DNA of 64,000 nucleotides from GCF_002087085.1 NZ_MWQY01000001.1:124001-188000, one strand, 5' to 3'; positions 20,494-30,786 are shown, numbered from the stretch's first letter. Numbers and translations: made by a program. The notes: a model not told the origin generated them from the letters alone.

Positions 20494-21264
20494 ATGATCA
20501 AAAGAATCGCAGCAGTTGCAGCAGCAGTAATGATCCCCTTGAGCCTCTTCGGGCTGGACGGTACAGAGATCGCCCGCCGGGCTCATGATATTGAGGATGG
20601 GGACACAAGTCACAGTGCGGTACAGATGGACCTTATCGAGAGTGACGGCGAAGTAAAAAGCCGGCTTATCGAGGAATGGGGCAGGGATGAGGGAGACCTG
20701 ACATCCATGGTAATGGTCTTCCGAAGTCCCGCGTCAGTCAAGGATACCCGGTATCTGCAGATTGAGAACGAGAACAGGGACGATGATAAATGGATCTATC
20801 TGCCGGCCCTGAAGCGGGTGAGGCGTATCGCGTCTTCCGAAGGAGACAAATCCTTTATGGGTTCTGATGCGACCTACGACGACATGGAAACACGGGAAGT
20901 GGAGCGGGACCATCACGAGCTTCTGCGGGAAGAGCGCTTCGAGAAATGGGATTGCCATGTGGTCAAGGCCTGGGCCAAGGACCCTGAAGACAGCCAGTAC
21001 TCCTACCGGATCACATGGTTCGATACAGCGAGTTTTGTTCCGGTAAAAGTCGAGATGTACGATAAGCAGGAGACGCTTCTCAAAGTGCTCAGTGTCGAGG
21101 TGCTGGAGCAGGTTCAGGGCTACTGGACTCCGCTGCAGACTCTGATGGAGAACGTCCAGACCGGTCACGCCACCAGGCTTACCTTCAAGAAGATTGTCTA
21201 TGACGAGCCCCTGCCGGATGCGCTCTTTTCCACCTCTTTCCTGGAAACCGGACGCGTCCGCTAG
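20494..21264 (+). CDS. LolA-like outer-membrane lipoprotein-sorting protein
   Basis: Signal peptide; FRSPASVKDT, WIYLPALKRVRRI, FMGSDATYDD motifs typical of MMPL-associated LolA-like proteins. Confidence 0.88.
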   Translation: MIKRIAAVAAAVMIPLSLFGLDGTEIARRAHDIEDGDTSHSAVQMDLIESDGEVKSRLIEEWGRDEGDLTSMVMVFRSPASVKDTRYLQIENENRDDDKWIYLPALKRVRRIASSEGDKSFMGSDATYDDMETREVERDHHELLREERFEKWDCHVVKAWAKDPEDSQYSYRITWFDTASFVPVKVEMYDKQETLLKVLSVEVLEQVQGYWTPLQTLMENVQTGHATRLTFKKIVYDEPLPDALFSTSFLETGRVR

Positions 21265-21275
21265 GGAGGAACGGG

Positions 21276-22685
21276 ATGAAACGAATCTTTACAGCCGTGG
21301 TGCCGGTATGTATTTTGGCTTTTGTTCTGATCGTGCCGGTGTCAGCGGATGATTTCAGCTTTGATGAAATAGAAGGTTTTGACGAGGAGGGCGCTGTTAC
21401 AGGCGCCCTCGAGATAGACGGAGAGCTGATCTTCCGCACCCGTGCCTATGTAAGCGAAAAAGCCCTGGAGGATGCCGGCGACCTGTCGGCGGAGGGAGAT
21501 TCCCTTGAGGCCCTGCCCGGCGCACGAATCAATTTCAGTTATGCCGCGGAAAAGGCCGATATCTTCGTCAACCTTTACGCCGATCGTGCAAAGCTGGCTG
21601 AGCATCCGGAAAAACTGCTGGATGAAGCCTGGTTCCGCTATTACGGCAAGGGGTATGAGCTTGAAGCCGGTCTGATGAAAGTCGTCTGGGGTAAGGGCGA
21701 TCAGCTGCATGTCGTCGATTTCCTGAATGCGGATGATCTTTCCGACGCGGTAAACCCGGATTATCTTGACCGGCGACTGGCGACTCCGATGATAAAGCTC
21801 AACCTCTATCCCGGGGAGAGAGGAAAACTGGAGATAGTCTTCCTGCCGACGCTGAGGGCAGACGAGATACCTCTCGAGGGCCCCTGGGCGCCCGGGGATG
21901 CTCAGGCCCTGGCCGGATACGCGGAAACCCTTGTTGATAATCTTGATCCCGATCCCTCCGGACTGGCAGATTTTCTGGACGGTGATGCCCTGTATCCCGA
22001 TACTGATACCCTGGACTATTCCCAGGCTGCCCTGCGATATACCGATACCGTCGGGGCCCTGGATTGGGGCGTCAGCTACTACTATGGCTTCCTGAAACAG
22101 CCCTCAGTCAAGGTAAGCTTTGTGGATCCCCTTGATCCGGCAACCGTGAACGGACTGAAGCTCTCTTACGACCGGGTAAATGCCTTCGGTCTGGAGGCGG
22201 GAGCTGTCTTCGGCGGCTTCAACATGCGGGGTGAGTCGGCCTTGTATCTGAGCGAGGATGCAGACGGAGACGATCCCTATGTTCACAACAGCAGAATGAG
22301 CTGTCTGGCCGGCTTCGATCGGGATCTGCCCTTCAGTAATATGAATATCAATCTTCAATATACCGGGAACCTGGTTTTGGATGACCGGGAGATCGTCCGT
22401 TCGGATGATGTGGATTACGATCCCGACGGTCGCTACTTCAGGCAGCGACTGATCCTGAAGCTCACCGACTCCTGGGACCATGAGATGCTCAAACCGGAAC
22501 TCAAGGGGATATATACCTTCGAAGACCGGGACTATCTGATTGCTCCTGGAATCGTATTCAAGCCGGCGGACAATTTCGAAGTCGAGCTCCAGGCAGGCTT
22601 CTACGGTGGCGAAGAGGATTACACCGATCTGGCGCAGTACGATGATGCGGATTACGTCGAACTTGGATTCACCTGCGCGTTCTAG
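21276..22685 (+). CDS. Putative outer-membrane beta-barrel protein (DUF1302-like)
   Basis: Signal peptide, LDEAW...G.MKVVWGKGD motif, alternating beta strands, C-terminal Phe. Confidence 0.7.
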   Translation: MKRIFTAVVPVCILAFVLIVPVSADDFSFDEIEGFDEEGAVTGALEIDGELIFRTRAYVSEKALEDAGDLSAEGDSLEALPGARINFSYAAEKADIFVNLYADRAKLAEHPEKLLDEAWFRYYGKGYELEAGLMKVVWGKGDQLHVVDFLNADDLSDAVNPDYLDRRLATPMIKLNLYPGERGKLEIVFLPTLRADEIPLEGPWAPGDAQALAGYAETLVDNLDPDPSGLADFLDGDALYPDTDTLDYSQAALRYTDTVGALDWGVSYYYGFLKQPSVKVSFVDPLDPATVNGLKLSYDRVNAFGLEAGAVFGGFNMRGESALYLSEDADGDDPYVHNSRMSCLAGFDRDLPFSNMNINLQYTGNLVLDDREIVRSDDVDYDPDGRYFRQRLILKLTDSWDHEMLKPELKGIYTFEDRDYLIAPGIVFKPADNFEVELQAGFYGGEEDYTDLAQYDDADYVELGFTCAF

Positions 22686-22706
22686 GAATTATCGCCCCTT
22701 TCTGCC

Positions 22707-22758
22707 GCCCGGCGCAACTTCCCTGTTCTTCTGCAGGCGGAGGACGCCGGGCTTTTTT
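22707..22758 (+). terminator. Intrinsic terminator of the MMPL operon, between convergent genes
   Basis: GCCCGGCG...CGCCGGGC stem with internal pairing, followed by TTTTTT. Confidence 0.7.
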
Positions 22759-22771
22759 ACGCCCCCCGGGG

Positions 22772-24784
22772 CTATTTCAGAAGCTGCCGTACCGAGCGGA
22801 AGCGTCTGATCATGACATCGCTCTCTTTCCGGATCTGCCGTACGAACTCATTCCCGTCAATCGTGCCCAGAACGGCGGTTTTTTCTGCCTCGTTCTGGAA
22901 GTTTACTGTCCTGAAGGGGTCGAGAAAATCTTTGCTGCGGCTTTTATAGACCTCCCCGGCAATCTGCTCCTGAATCTGTTCCGCCGCGGTAAAGAGTCTT
23001 TGCCATCCCGGGGCATCAGGGATATTCCCTTCGAGCAGAAGAAAGCAGGCCCAGGCGTCCCGTATTTTTTCCGCCGGATAGGTCTTATCCCACTTTTCAC
23101 AGCGACGATGGATATCCTGCCATCCCGCCAGGTTTCCGCTGCGGATCTCGTCCCGCAGGAGGTCGACTTTCCGCTCCGGAACCAGCTGTCCTCCCATGTT
23201 GATCCATTCCAGGGGATCCGCCGTATCCGTATCGCCGGGAAGCCCGGCGATCAAACCGGCTCCTTTTTCTTCCAGACCGGGCAGAAGGGTGCTGGCGATG
23301 TAATAGAGAAGCATTTCCCGGTAGGCCTGTCGTGCCGCAGCGGCTTTCAGAATCCGGACTCTCCGCCGGGATCGTTCCACCAGGCCCCGGGGAGCTTCCA
23401 GGTTGTCGGCTTCCCCCGTCGGATCCCACTGGTCAAGAAGTTCCAGGGCGGATCGGATTTCCGCGGCCGTGTCGGGGGCCAGAAAATCAAACTCCAGGTG
23501 CTGACGGGGCTGTATGCGCCTGTCCCTGGCGGCATATTTTCGCGAGTTCCGGACCAGGGCATACATGTTGTAGTTCCACCAGAAGGCGGGGATTATATCA
23601 AGGCACCCGTCATGTTCGTTGTTGTTCACCAGGGAAAAGGGAAGGGGGATGTCCAGTTCCGACGGATAGCTGCCCTTGGCGATCAGGGTGAAGGAGGCGA
23701 ATCTGGAGGGGTGCTTCAGGCTGACGTTCAATCCGGGCCAGAAGCCCCTGCCCGCATGAAGTTCGTTGTCGGCGCTCCGGCTGTTGTGATTCGATCCTAC
23801 GGTTGCCCCGGCGGCCAGATTGCTCTGACCCATGAGCAGGGATGCGATAAGGAAGGAGTTGTTGTGGTGCTGCTCGTGAAAGGGAAAAATCAGGCTGTTG
23901 GAGACTTCGCAGCAGGCAATGGTGGAGTTGTCTCCCACAAAACAGTGGGAGAGACGCAGCCCCTTTGTGAGCGTAACATGGGAGGCCAGAACGAAATCCT
24001 CCGCCATTGCTCCATCGAGAATGCTGCATCCGGGACCGGTAATACCCCTTCGCAGTATGGTACCGAAGCCTATGCTGGTCGGCTCATCCCCGGAAGAATC
24101 AATGCTCAGGTCCTCCAGTACATCCGCTCCCCTGATTCGGCAGAAGCTGCCGATTCGCAGATCGATCAGGCTGCGGCAGCCCTGGATAAAGGTGTTTTCG
24201 CCGATTTCTCCCCTGTCTGATCCGCTGAAGGAGCGGTCTGTAATCTCTTCCAGGCGCCGCATCAGCTCTGAATCCTCCCGGTAACGGGACCAGAGAAAGG
24301 CGTCTGATCCCGTCATTCCGGGGAAGGGCGGTACCCCGCGGTCTCCGGCTTCGTTGATCAGGGAGATGCGCCGACGGGAGGATTCTTCCTCGCCGGGATT
24401 GCGTATTCCGCAGCCGAATTTTGCTCCGGGGCGGGTATAGATCTCCTGTATATCCGAGAGGATGCATCCCTGCCCCAGGTTGAAATTTGCGCAGTACGCC
24501 AGGTTTCTGATTACCGTCTGCCCTCCGATGCGGCAGTCGCGGATTTCGCTGTTGCAGATTCCGACCTCCAGCGTCCTGCCGTCATGACTCCGTCTTTCCG
24601 GATGGAGGCCCTGTATCCTGATCTCTCCGCTGAAGCTGGTGTTTCTGATCAGGTCGGGAAAAAAAGGATCGCAAACAAAAAAGGTGCTCCAGTCTTCCAC
24701 CCTGTTACCGTTGGCAAGGAGCTGCTTTTTCTCTTCCGGGCTGAGCTGCCGGTATTCCTCCGGACCAGGGTTCCGTATAGTCAT
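22772..24784 (-). CDS. DUF4954 family protein (left-handed beta-helix region)
   Basis: NSTIACCEVSNSLIFPFHEQHHNNSFLIA, GATVGSNHNSRS, GRGFWPGL; hexapeptide-like periodicity. Confidence 0.8.
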   Translation of the reverse strand: MTIRNPGPEEYRQLSPEEKKQLLANGNRVEDWSTFFVCDPFFPDLIRNTSFSGEIRIQGLHPERRSHDGRTLEVGICNSEIRDCRIGGQTVIRNLAYCANFNLGQGCILSDIQEIYTRPGAKFGCGIRNPGEEESSRRRISLINEAGDRGVPPFPGMTGSDAFLWSRYREDSELMRRLEEITDRSFSGSDRGEIGENTFIQGCRSLIDLRIGSFCRIRGADVLEDLSIDSSGDEPTSIGFGTILRRGITGPGCSILDGAMAEDFVLASHVTLTKGLRLSHCFVGDNSTIACCEVSNSLIFPFHEQHHNNSFLIASLLMGQSNLAAGATVGSNHNSRSADNELHAGRGFWPGLNVSLKHPSRFASFTLIAKGSYPSELDIPLPFSLVNNNEHDGCLDIIPAFWWNYNMYALVRNSRKYAARDRRIQPRQHLEFDFLAPDTAAEIRSALELLDQWDPTGEADNLEAPRGLVERSRRRVRILKAAAARQAYREMLLYYIASTLLPGLEEKGAGLIAGLPGDTDTADPLEWINMGGQLVPERKVDLLRDEIRSGNLAGWQDIHRRCEKWDKTYPAEKIRDAWACFLLLEGNIPDAPGWQRLFTAAEQIQEQIAGEVYKSRSKDFLDPFRTVNFQNEAEKTAVLGTIDGNEFVRQIRKESDVMIRRFRSVRQLLK

Positions 24785-24789
24785 CTGTA

Positions 24790-25647
24790 CTACTCCGAAT
24801 CGTTGAGGATCTGGAGAAACCAGTTCAGGCTGCGCCGTATGCGGTGGACGTTGAATTTGTCCATCTCCGGATGATTCCGTTCGATCTGCTGGTGAAGCAT
24901 CCGCCCCATTTCGAGTCCGTCCTCCGGGGGTATCGGAAGCTTCCTGCCGATGAGTTCCGCCTCGATGTTTCGTGTGCGTATTGTCAGGCGGTTGCCGATG
25001 CAGAAGCTGGTTCTCAGGTCGCTGATCACATCCTTCTGTTTGCGGACCACCCCGCAGAAAATAAAATGCTCCGGTGTAAAGAGCCGTTCCTGCTGACGGA
25101 ACTGCTCCACATCCCAGTCCATAAAGGGGATACGGATTCTTGTTACCAGTTCTCCCGGCTCAAGGAGCGGTCCTTCGTCTCCGCTGATAAAGCGGTTGAG
25201 GTTTACCCAGCGGGTATTGCCGACGCGACGCAGTTCCAGGCGTACATCCAGCAGCAGCAGGACCGGATATGTCGAAAGCCTGTGACTCCGGGCGCAGATG
25301 TTGCCTCCCAGGGTTGCGTGGTTGCGGACCGCGGCGTTACCGATGTTTCTCAGCGCGGCATACAGGGATCTGGGCATGACATGCCGCCCGGTATTGATTA
25401 TTTTGCTTATGGAGACCGCAGGCCCGATTTCCATGTAGCGTTCGGTACGGCTGATCTGGGATAGTTCGGAAACGTGGCCGAGATCGATAAGCTCACCGCC
25501 GAAACCTTCCCTCGGACCTTTGGACAGAAACAGGTAGGTTCCCCCCGCAAAGGGAACAGCCCCGGGGTGGTCCCGGTAATAGGAAAGAAGGTCCTGCAGG
25601 GTCGTCGGGGAGAATACCTTTGTGTTCCTCTGTTTTCTAACTGACAC
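24790..25647 (-). CDS. FAD-binding subunit, xanthine dehydrogenase/CoxM family
   Basis: FAGGTYL, AVRNHATLGGNIC, PGELVTRIRIP. Confidence 0.88.
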   Translation of the reverse strand: MSVRKQRNTKVFSPTTLQDLLSYYRDHPGAVPFAGGTYLFLSKGPREGFGGELIDLGHVSELSQISRTERYMEIGPAVSISKIINTGRHVMPRSLYAALRNIGNAAVRNHATLGGNICARSHRLSTYPVLLLLDVRLELRRVGNTRWVNLNRFISGDEGPLLEPGELVTRIRIPFMDWDVEQFRQQERLFTPEHFIFCGVVRKQKDVISDLRTSFCIGNRLTIRTRNIEAELIGRKLPIPPEDGLEMGRMLHQQIERNHPEMDKFNVHRIRRSLNWFLQILNDSE

Positions 25648-26116
25648 GGTGCCGGTTCCTTCGCAGACGGCCGGTGTATTGAACCGCCTTCAGGTAGGTA
25701 CGAAAATCGGTACAGCGGCACTTTACGGCCCGATAGTATTCGGCAATCTCTTCCTCTCCCGGGTTCGGGGATATCTCCAGCAGGGCATGGGTGGTCAATA
25801 TTCTGCCTGCGGCGCAGAACCGGCATGGTGAAAGCCCCGCTTCCCGAAAGCCTGCCAGGACCTCCTTGTAGGCGTGCTGCTTGGCGAAACCCTCGATGGT
25901 GGTAACCCTCATTCCCCGTACCCGGAAGAGGGGAGTCATACAGGAGTGGAATATCTCCCCGTTTATCAGGACTATACAGGAGCCGCACTCCCCGGAATAG
26001 CAGCTGGCATGGGTCCCTATCAGGTGGTAACGCTCCCGCAGCACATTGATCAGTCTGGTGTCAGCCTCGGCGTCAACGGTTTCTGAACTACCGTTCAACA
26101 TGAACTGAATTCTCAT
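25637..26116 (-). CDS. 2x[2Fe-2S] subunit, CoxS family
   Basis: CYSGECGSC...SC and CRFC...CRC; eight Cys ligands. Confidence 0.92.
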   Translation of the reverse strand: MRIQFMLNGSSETVDAEADTRLINVLRERYHLIGTHASCYSGECGSCIVLINGEIFHSCMTPLFRVRGMRVTTIEGFAKQHAYKEVLAGFREAGLSPCRFCAAGRILTTHALLEISPNPGEEEIAEYYRAVKCRCTDFRTYLKAVQYTGRLRRNRHRVS

Positions 26117-28143
26117 GTCCCCTCCATATACTGGTGAATATTTCTTGGGGGAAGGGGAAAGCGGTCAAAATAGACCCCCGCCGCCTGACTCAGGGCGGCG
26201 GTGAATGCGGGGGGAATCATGATGTAGGGCAGATCTCCGATACCGGAGGAAAACTTCTGCCGGGAACCGCGGTTGAAGCTGATTTCCACCGGGGGTATGT
26301 CCTTGAGCTTCGGGAGATGAAATGGGGATTCCGAGGTTTCCAGATTCTGCAGGTTTACCGTGCAGCCTTCCACAGCATGCAGGATGCCGGTTTCCAGGAC
26401 GCTTTCGGCCCGGTGGCGGTGGAGAACTTCGCCGCAGTCCACAGCCACCCAGACCCCCCGAACGCTCTTTTCCAGCAGTATGGGATCGAGTTCCAGTTCC
26501 ACCACGCAGGCCGCCCAGCTTCTGGCGGCATAGGGACTTCCCTGAAGCTGGGATTCCTCCCAGCGCCCTTTCGCGGGTAGCCTGAACGACCTGGAGGCTT
26601 CTAGGGGCAGGGGGTTCCGGAAGCGTTTTTTCTGAATGGCCTCGCAGCATCGCTCCACCAGCCGGTACACCACCGTGATGTTTCTGGAAAGTCCCGACGG
26701 CCCGCTCTCCGGAATGCGGTCGGTGTCGTCATTGATGATATGGACCCCGCTCCGGGGAATCCCCAGGATTTCCGCCGCCCGGCGCCGTGCGAGGGATGCT
26801 GTTTTATGCATACCCGAAAGGCCGGAGGTAAAGATGTAGAGGTCTCCTTCCGACTCCAGCCGGGCTGTGACTTTGAAGCGTTCTGTCTCTTCTCCCCGTC
26901 CGAAGAAGCCGTTCCCCTGATAGACCCCGGCGATTCCGATTCCCCGGAGAGGACGGTTTTCCTGCTCGGGACTGCTGCGCCGTTTTTTCGCCAGCTCGTA
27001 GGCGGCATGTTTGCGGCTGAAATCCGAAGCCGCAGCGACTTTGGTGAGGAGTTCCGGCAGAGGGCTCTCCTTTTCATCCAGGTTCCGGAGCTTCCAGTTG
27101 AGAGGATCCGTCTGGGATACCTCGGCTATCAGGCTGGCATGGGTCTCGGAGGCAAAGAAACAGCCCGCAAGACCCGCTCCCGGAGAAAAGTCCAGGGGGC
27201 GCCGGGTTGTTTCTATGAGCCGGGTTGTAACGGAGACGTTTTTGCAGTTGTAGTTTCCCGCCGCCGCCGAGGAAGCCCTCTGCAGGGCTTCTTCGGAATA
27301 GACGGGGAAGGCCCCGGATTCAAGGTTAACCGTCACGTCGATGGCAGCCAGGTCGCCGTTCTTGTCCACCGCGGAGCGATGTTCTATGGCCACCGGGGTC
27401 CCCCGGGGACCGTGATGGAGGAGCTCATTGGCGCTGAGGATCAGTTTGCAGCTTTTTCCGGAAACCTGTGCCGCCAGGGCCGCGTAGGCCGCCAGAAAGG
27501 AGGGGTACCAGAGTTTCTCGTCAAACTGGGCGCTGAAGGCGGTGCGGCGTACGGTAACATCGGTCGGTCGTATATCAAGAACTCCGGCTACCGTTGATCG
27601 CACATGGTGCAGCCACTGGGTAGACGAGTAGACCACGAGGCGTCCTTCTTCATAACGGGCGAATGCTCCCTGGGCATCCAGGGACCAGGGGAGGGTTTCG
27701 TCCACATAATAACTGCCCTCGAGGATCTGAAAGGCCTCCTTCAGAACCTTTTCGGGGTTTCCCCGGCTGAGTCGATGCTCTTTGATGATCTGTTTCTCGA
27801 AAAAGTTCTCGAAAGAAGGCAGCACCGTAATGTCCCGGTAATCGATGCTTACATAGCCGGCGAACTCTTCCATCTCCTGCCGGTTATTGCCGGCGATCAG
27901 GAGCACCGGCTGGCCGAGGTAGTGGATTGTTCCTTCCGCCAGAATGGGGATTTTTCCCGAGGAGAGGTGGATACAGTTCTCTCCCGGAATATCCTGGGCC
28001 CCCAGCACGAGCATTCCGTCGGGGGGGTCAGGGTAGCTGATCAGGTTGATTTTACCCCGTTCAACCTGGGATCGCAGGATGGATACATGGAGCATGGGGG
28101 AGTCGAAGTAGTCGTCTATGTACTGAATGCGCCGTTGTTCCAT
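26113..28143 (-). CDS. Molybdopterin-binding large subunit-like protein, xanthine dehydrogenase family (degenerate motifs)
   Basis: a/b hammerhead region (AQDIPGEN, YLGQPV), YSSTQW, DTDRIPESGP.S.SR, DCGEV; Moco motifs diverged. Confidence 0.85.
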   Translation of the reverse strand: MEQRRIQYIDDYFDSPMLHVSILRSQVERGKINLISYPDPPDGMLVLGAQDIPGENCIHLSSGKIPILAEGTIHYLGQPVLLIAGNNRQEMEEFAGYVSIDYRDITVLPSFENFFEKQIIKEHRLSRGNPEKVLKEAFQILEGSYYVDETLPWSLDAQGAFARYEEGRLVVYSSTQWLHHVRSTVAGVLDIRPTDVTVRRTAFSAQFDEKLWYPSFLAAYAALAAQVSGKSCKLILSANELLHHGPRGTPVAIEHRSAVDKNGDLAAIDVTVNLESGAFPVYSEEALQRASSAAAGNYNCKNVSVTTRLIETTRRPLDFSPGAGLAGCFFASETHASLIAEVSQTDPLNWKLRNLDEKESPLPELLTKVAAASDFSRKHAAYELAKKRRSSPEQENRPLRGIGIAGVYQGNGFFGRGEETERFKVTARLESEGDLYIFTSGLSGMHKTASLARRRAAEILGIPRSGVHIINDDTDRIPESGPSGLSRNITVVYRLVERCCEAIQKKRFRNPLPLEASRSFRLPAKGRWEESQLQGSPYAARSWAACVVELELDPILLEKSVRGVWVAVDCGEVLHRHRAESVLETGILHAVEGCTVNLQNLETSESPFHLPKLKDIPPVEISFNRGSRQKFSSGIGDLPYIMIPPAFTAALSQAAGVYFDRFPLPPRNIHQYMEGT

Positions 28144-28151
28144 ACAGCCCT

Positions 28152-29330
28152 TTATTCCGCTTTACAACCATTCTTGACCGCCTGTATCACCCTGTCAACC
28201 TGGGCATCGTTCATACCCGGATAGATGGGCAGGCTCAGGCAGCGGGAATAGGCATCCATGGCATTGGGAAAGTCTCCGGGAGAAAAGGCGTAGCGGTCCC
28301 GGTAGTAGGGCATCAGATGGAGGGGGATGTAGTGAACGGAGGTGCCGACACCCCGGCGTCGCAGGGATTCAATCAGATTGTCCCGGTTTATCCGGGAATC
28401 CCGGGATACCTTGAGGATGTAGAGATGCCAGGCATGGTCCCCGGAGGTCCGGGGTATATCCAGTTCAGGCATCTCCCGGAAGGCTTCGGTATAGGCTGCG
28501 GCAATCTCCTTTCTGCGGGCGAGAAAGGTCTCCGCTTTTTCCAGCTGGACCCTGCCCAGGGCCGCCGCCAGGTCGGTCATGTTGTACTTGTACCCCGCTT
28601 CCACCACCGAGTAGGCCCACTGGGCCCTGTCCGAGGTGTAGCGGTCCCATATACTGCGGTCGATTCCATGGAGACGCATGGTACGTATGCGTTCGGCGAT
28701 TTTATCGTTGTCCGTCACAACCATACCGCCTTCGCCGGTGGTTATGGTCTTGGTTGCGTAGAAGGAGTATACCCCGGTATCTCCCGATGTTCCTGTCCAG
28801 CGGCCGTCGTCAGATCTGACCGGAAAAGCGTGGGCGGCGTCTTCGACAATGGCGAGGCCGAACTCTCCGGCGATACTTTGAAGTTCCGTCATCCCGCAGG
28901 CTTCGCCGCCGATATGCACAGGTATGAGGGCCTTGAGTCTGTGGCCGTTTTTTTCTGCAGCACGGAGGGTTTCCCGCAGAATCCGGGGGTCGATATTGAA
29001 GCCTCCGGGAGTGATGTCCGAAAAGACGAGCTCCGCCCCCAGGTAGCGTACAACCTCGGCGGTGGCGGTAAAGGTGTAGGGACTGGTCACCACGGTGTCG
29101 CCGGGGCCGATACCCAGGGCTTCCAGGGAGAGGTGCAGTCCCGCGGTGGCGGAATTGAGGGCCAGGGCGCAGGTGCTGCCCACTTTCGAGGCGAACTCCG
29201 CCTCGAAGGCCTGAGTCTCTTTTCCGGTGGTAAGCCAGCCGGAGCGCAGGACCTTCAGCACCGCCTCCTCTTCTTCCCGGCCGATGGAGGGCAGGGCAAA
29301 GGGGATAAACTCAGTACCGGGGTTCGTCAT
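28152..29330 (-). CDS. DegT/DnrJ/EryC1/StrS PLP-dependent sugar aminotransferase
   Basis: SGWLTTG, NSATAGLHL, EDAAHA, SFYATKTITTGEGG, GYKYNM. Start reassigned to MTNPGTEFIPF. Confidence 0.95.
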   Translation of the reverse strand: MTNPGTEFIPFALPSIGREEEEAVLKVLRSGWLTTGKETQAFEAEFASKVGSTCALALNSATAGLHLSLEALGIGPGDTVVTSPYTFTATAEVVRYLGAELVFSDITPGGFNIDPRILRETLRAAEKNGHRLKALIPVHIGGEACGMTELQSIAGEFGLAIVEDAAHAFPVRSDDGRWTGTSGDTGVYSFYATKTITTGEGGMVVTDNDKIAERIRTMRLHGIDRSIWDRYTSDRAQWAYSVVEAGYKYNMTDLAAALGRVQLEKAETFLARRKEIAAAYTEAFREMPELDIPRTSGDHAWHLYILKVSRDSRINRDNLIESLRRRGVGTSVHYIPLHLMPYYRDRYAFSPGDFPNAMDAYSRCLSLPIYPGMNDAQVDRVIQAVKNGCKAE

Positions 29331-30786
29331 CGGGGACCTCGAAGCTTGGAATATGCCTCGCCAGGGTGGAACGGAGGACCCGGCGGTCACGGAAGGTTTC
29401 GGGCTTGAGGGGATCAAAGAAACAGACCGGCTTCAGGTCACGGATCAGATCATCCAGGCTGCCCGTGATTCTGCTGCGATGCCTGAGTCTCAGAATCCGC
29501 TGAAAATCGGTGGCCTCCCCGGTTTCACCTTCCGCCCACAGTCGTTCGCTCAGTTTTTCCCCCTGCCGGAGGCCGATGTAATTAATGGGAATATCCGTTC
29601 CCGGTTCGTACCCGTAAAAACGGATCATCTGCTCCGCCAGCTCCCGTATGGGTACCGGTTCTCCCATATCCAGTACGTAGAGATCCCCTCCGGTTCCCAG
29701 ACCTCCCGATTTCAGCACCAGGGAGACGGCTTCGGGGATCGTCATGAAGTAACGGGTTGCCCTGGGGTCCGTGATGGTTACCGGTCCCCCTTTGAGAATC
29801 TGCTTCTTGAAGAGGGGCACGATGCTTCCCCGGCTGTCCAGTACGTTTCCGAAACGGACAACCATAAAGTGCTGATCGCCGTTGTTCCTGGCGAGGGCGA
29901 GCTCTTCGGATATCATCTTGGAGGCGCCGTATACATAACGGGGTTCCACCGCCTTGTCGGTGGAGATCAGTACCAGCCTGGGCACAGCGCTTTCCCGCAC
30001 CGCCTCCACCAGATGGAGGGTCCCGAAAACGTTGTTCTTGATTACCTCTACGGGATTGCTCTCCGCCATGGGAACGTGCTTGTAGGCGGCACAGTGAAAA
30101 ATAATGTCCGCCTTGAGGCGCTGGATTATGAAGCGGGTATATTCCCTGTCCTTGAGGTCTCCCACCACCGGTACCAGGGTGGCCTTTTCTCCGACTCCCT
30201 CTTCCTGGAGGATCTTCAGCTCCTTTTCAATCTCATAGACGTTGTTCTCGCCGTTGTCGAAAAGGTAGAGACGTTCCGCCCCCGCGGACAGGAGCTGCCG
30301 GGAAAGTTCCGAACCGATGCTTCCCCCCGCACCGGTTATCAATACCCGCTTGTCCCGCAGGTAACTGAGGGTCTCCTTAAGGGGAATACGGACGGGTGTG
30401 CGTCCAAGAAGATCTTCCACGGCAATCTCCCTGGTCTGTATCAGATGAGCGTCGCCGTCGATTATCTGTGCCAGGTTGGGAAGAATGCGGATGCGGTCAA
30501 AGGAAGCGGAAGAGAGATGTTCGTAGATGGTCGTGAGCTGGTCGTTCGTGGCTCCCGGAATTGCGATCAGGGCCTCATCCGCGGGACGGGTCTCAAAAAT
30601 TTTGCTGATACGGGCAATGGGGCCCAGAACGGGGATATCATCAACCTTGGTGCCGATTTTCCCGGGATCATCGTCCAGGAAGGCGACAAGCCGGCCAAAG
30701 GTTCCCTTGGTCTTTATCTCTTCCGCGATTTTGCGGCCTGCGAAGCCTGCGCCCACTATATATATGGTTCTACCGCTTTTTTGCAT
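29311..30786 (-). CDS. Nucleotide-sugar 4,6-dehydratase (PglF/CapD-like), without an N-terminal membrane domain
   Basis: CoA-binding-like N-domain, TGAGGSIGSEL, HCAAYKHVP, STDKAV, YGASK, RFGNVL.SRGS, GEKLSE. Confidence 0.93.
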   Translation of the reverse strand: MQKSGRTIYIVGAGFAGRKIAEEIKTKGTFGRLVAFLDDDPGKIGTKVDDIPVLGPIARISKIFETRPADEALIAIPGATNDQLTTIYEHLSSASFDRIRILPNLAQIIDGDAHLIQTREIAVEDLLGRTPVRIPLKETLSYLRDKRVLITGAGGSIGSELSRQLLSAGAERLYLFDNGENNVYEIEKELKILQEEGVGEKATLVPVVGDLKDREYTRFIIQRLKADIIFHCAAYKHVPMAESNPVEVIKNNVFGTLHLVEAVRESAVPRLVLISTDKAVEPRYVYGASKMISEELALARNNGDQHFMVVRFGNVLDSRGSIVPLFKKQILKGGPVTITDPRATRYFMTIPEAVSLVLKSGGLGTGGDLYVLDMGEPVPIRELAEQMIRFYGYEPGTDIPINYIGLRQGEKLSERLWAEGETGEATDFQRILRLRHRSRITGSLDDLIRDLKPVCFFDPLKPETFRDRRVLRSTLARHIPSFEVPDDEPRY

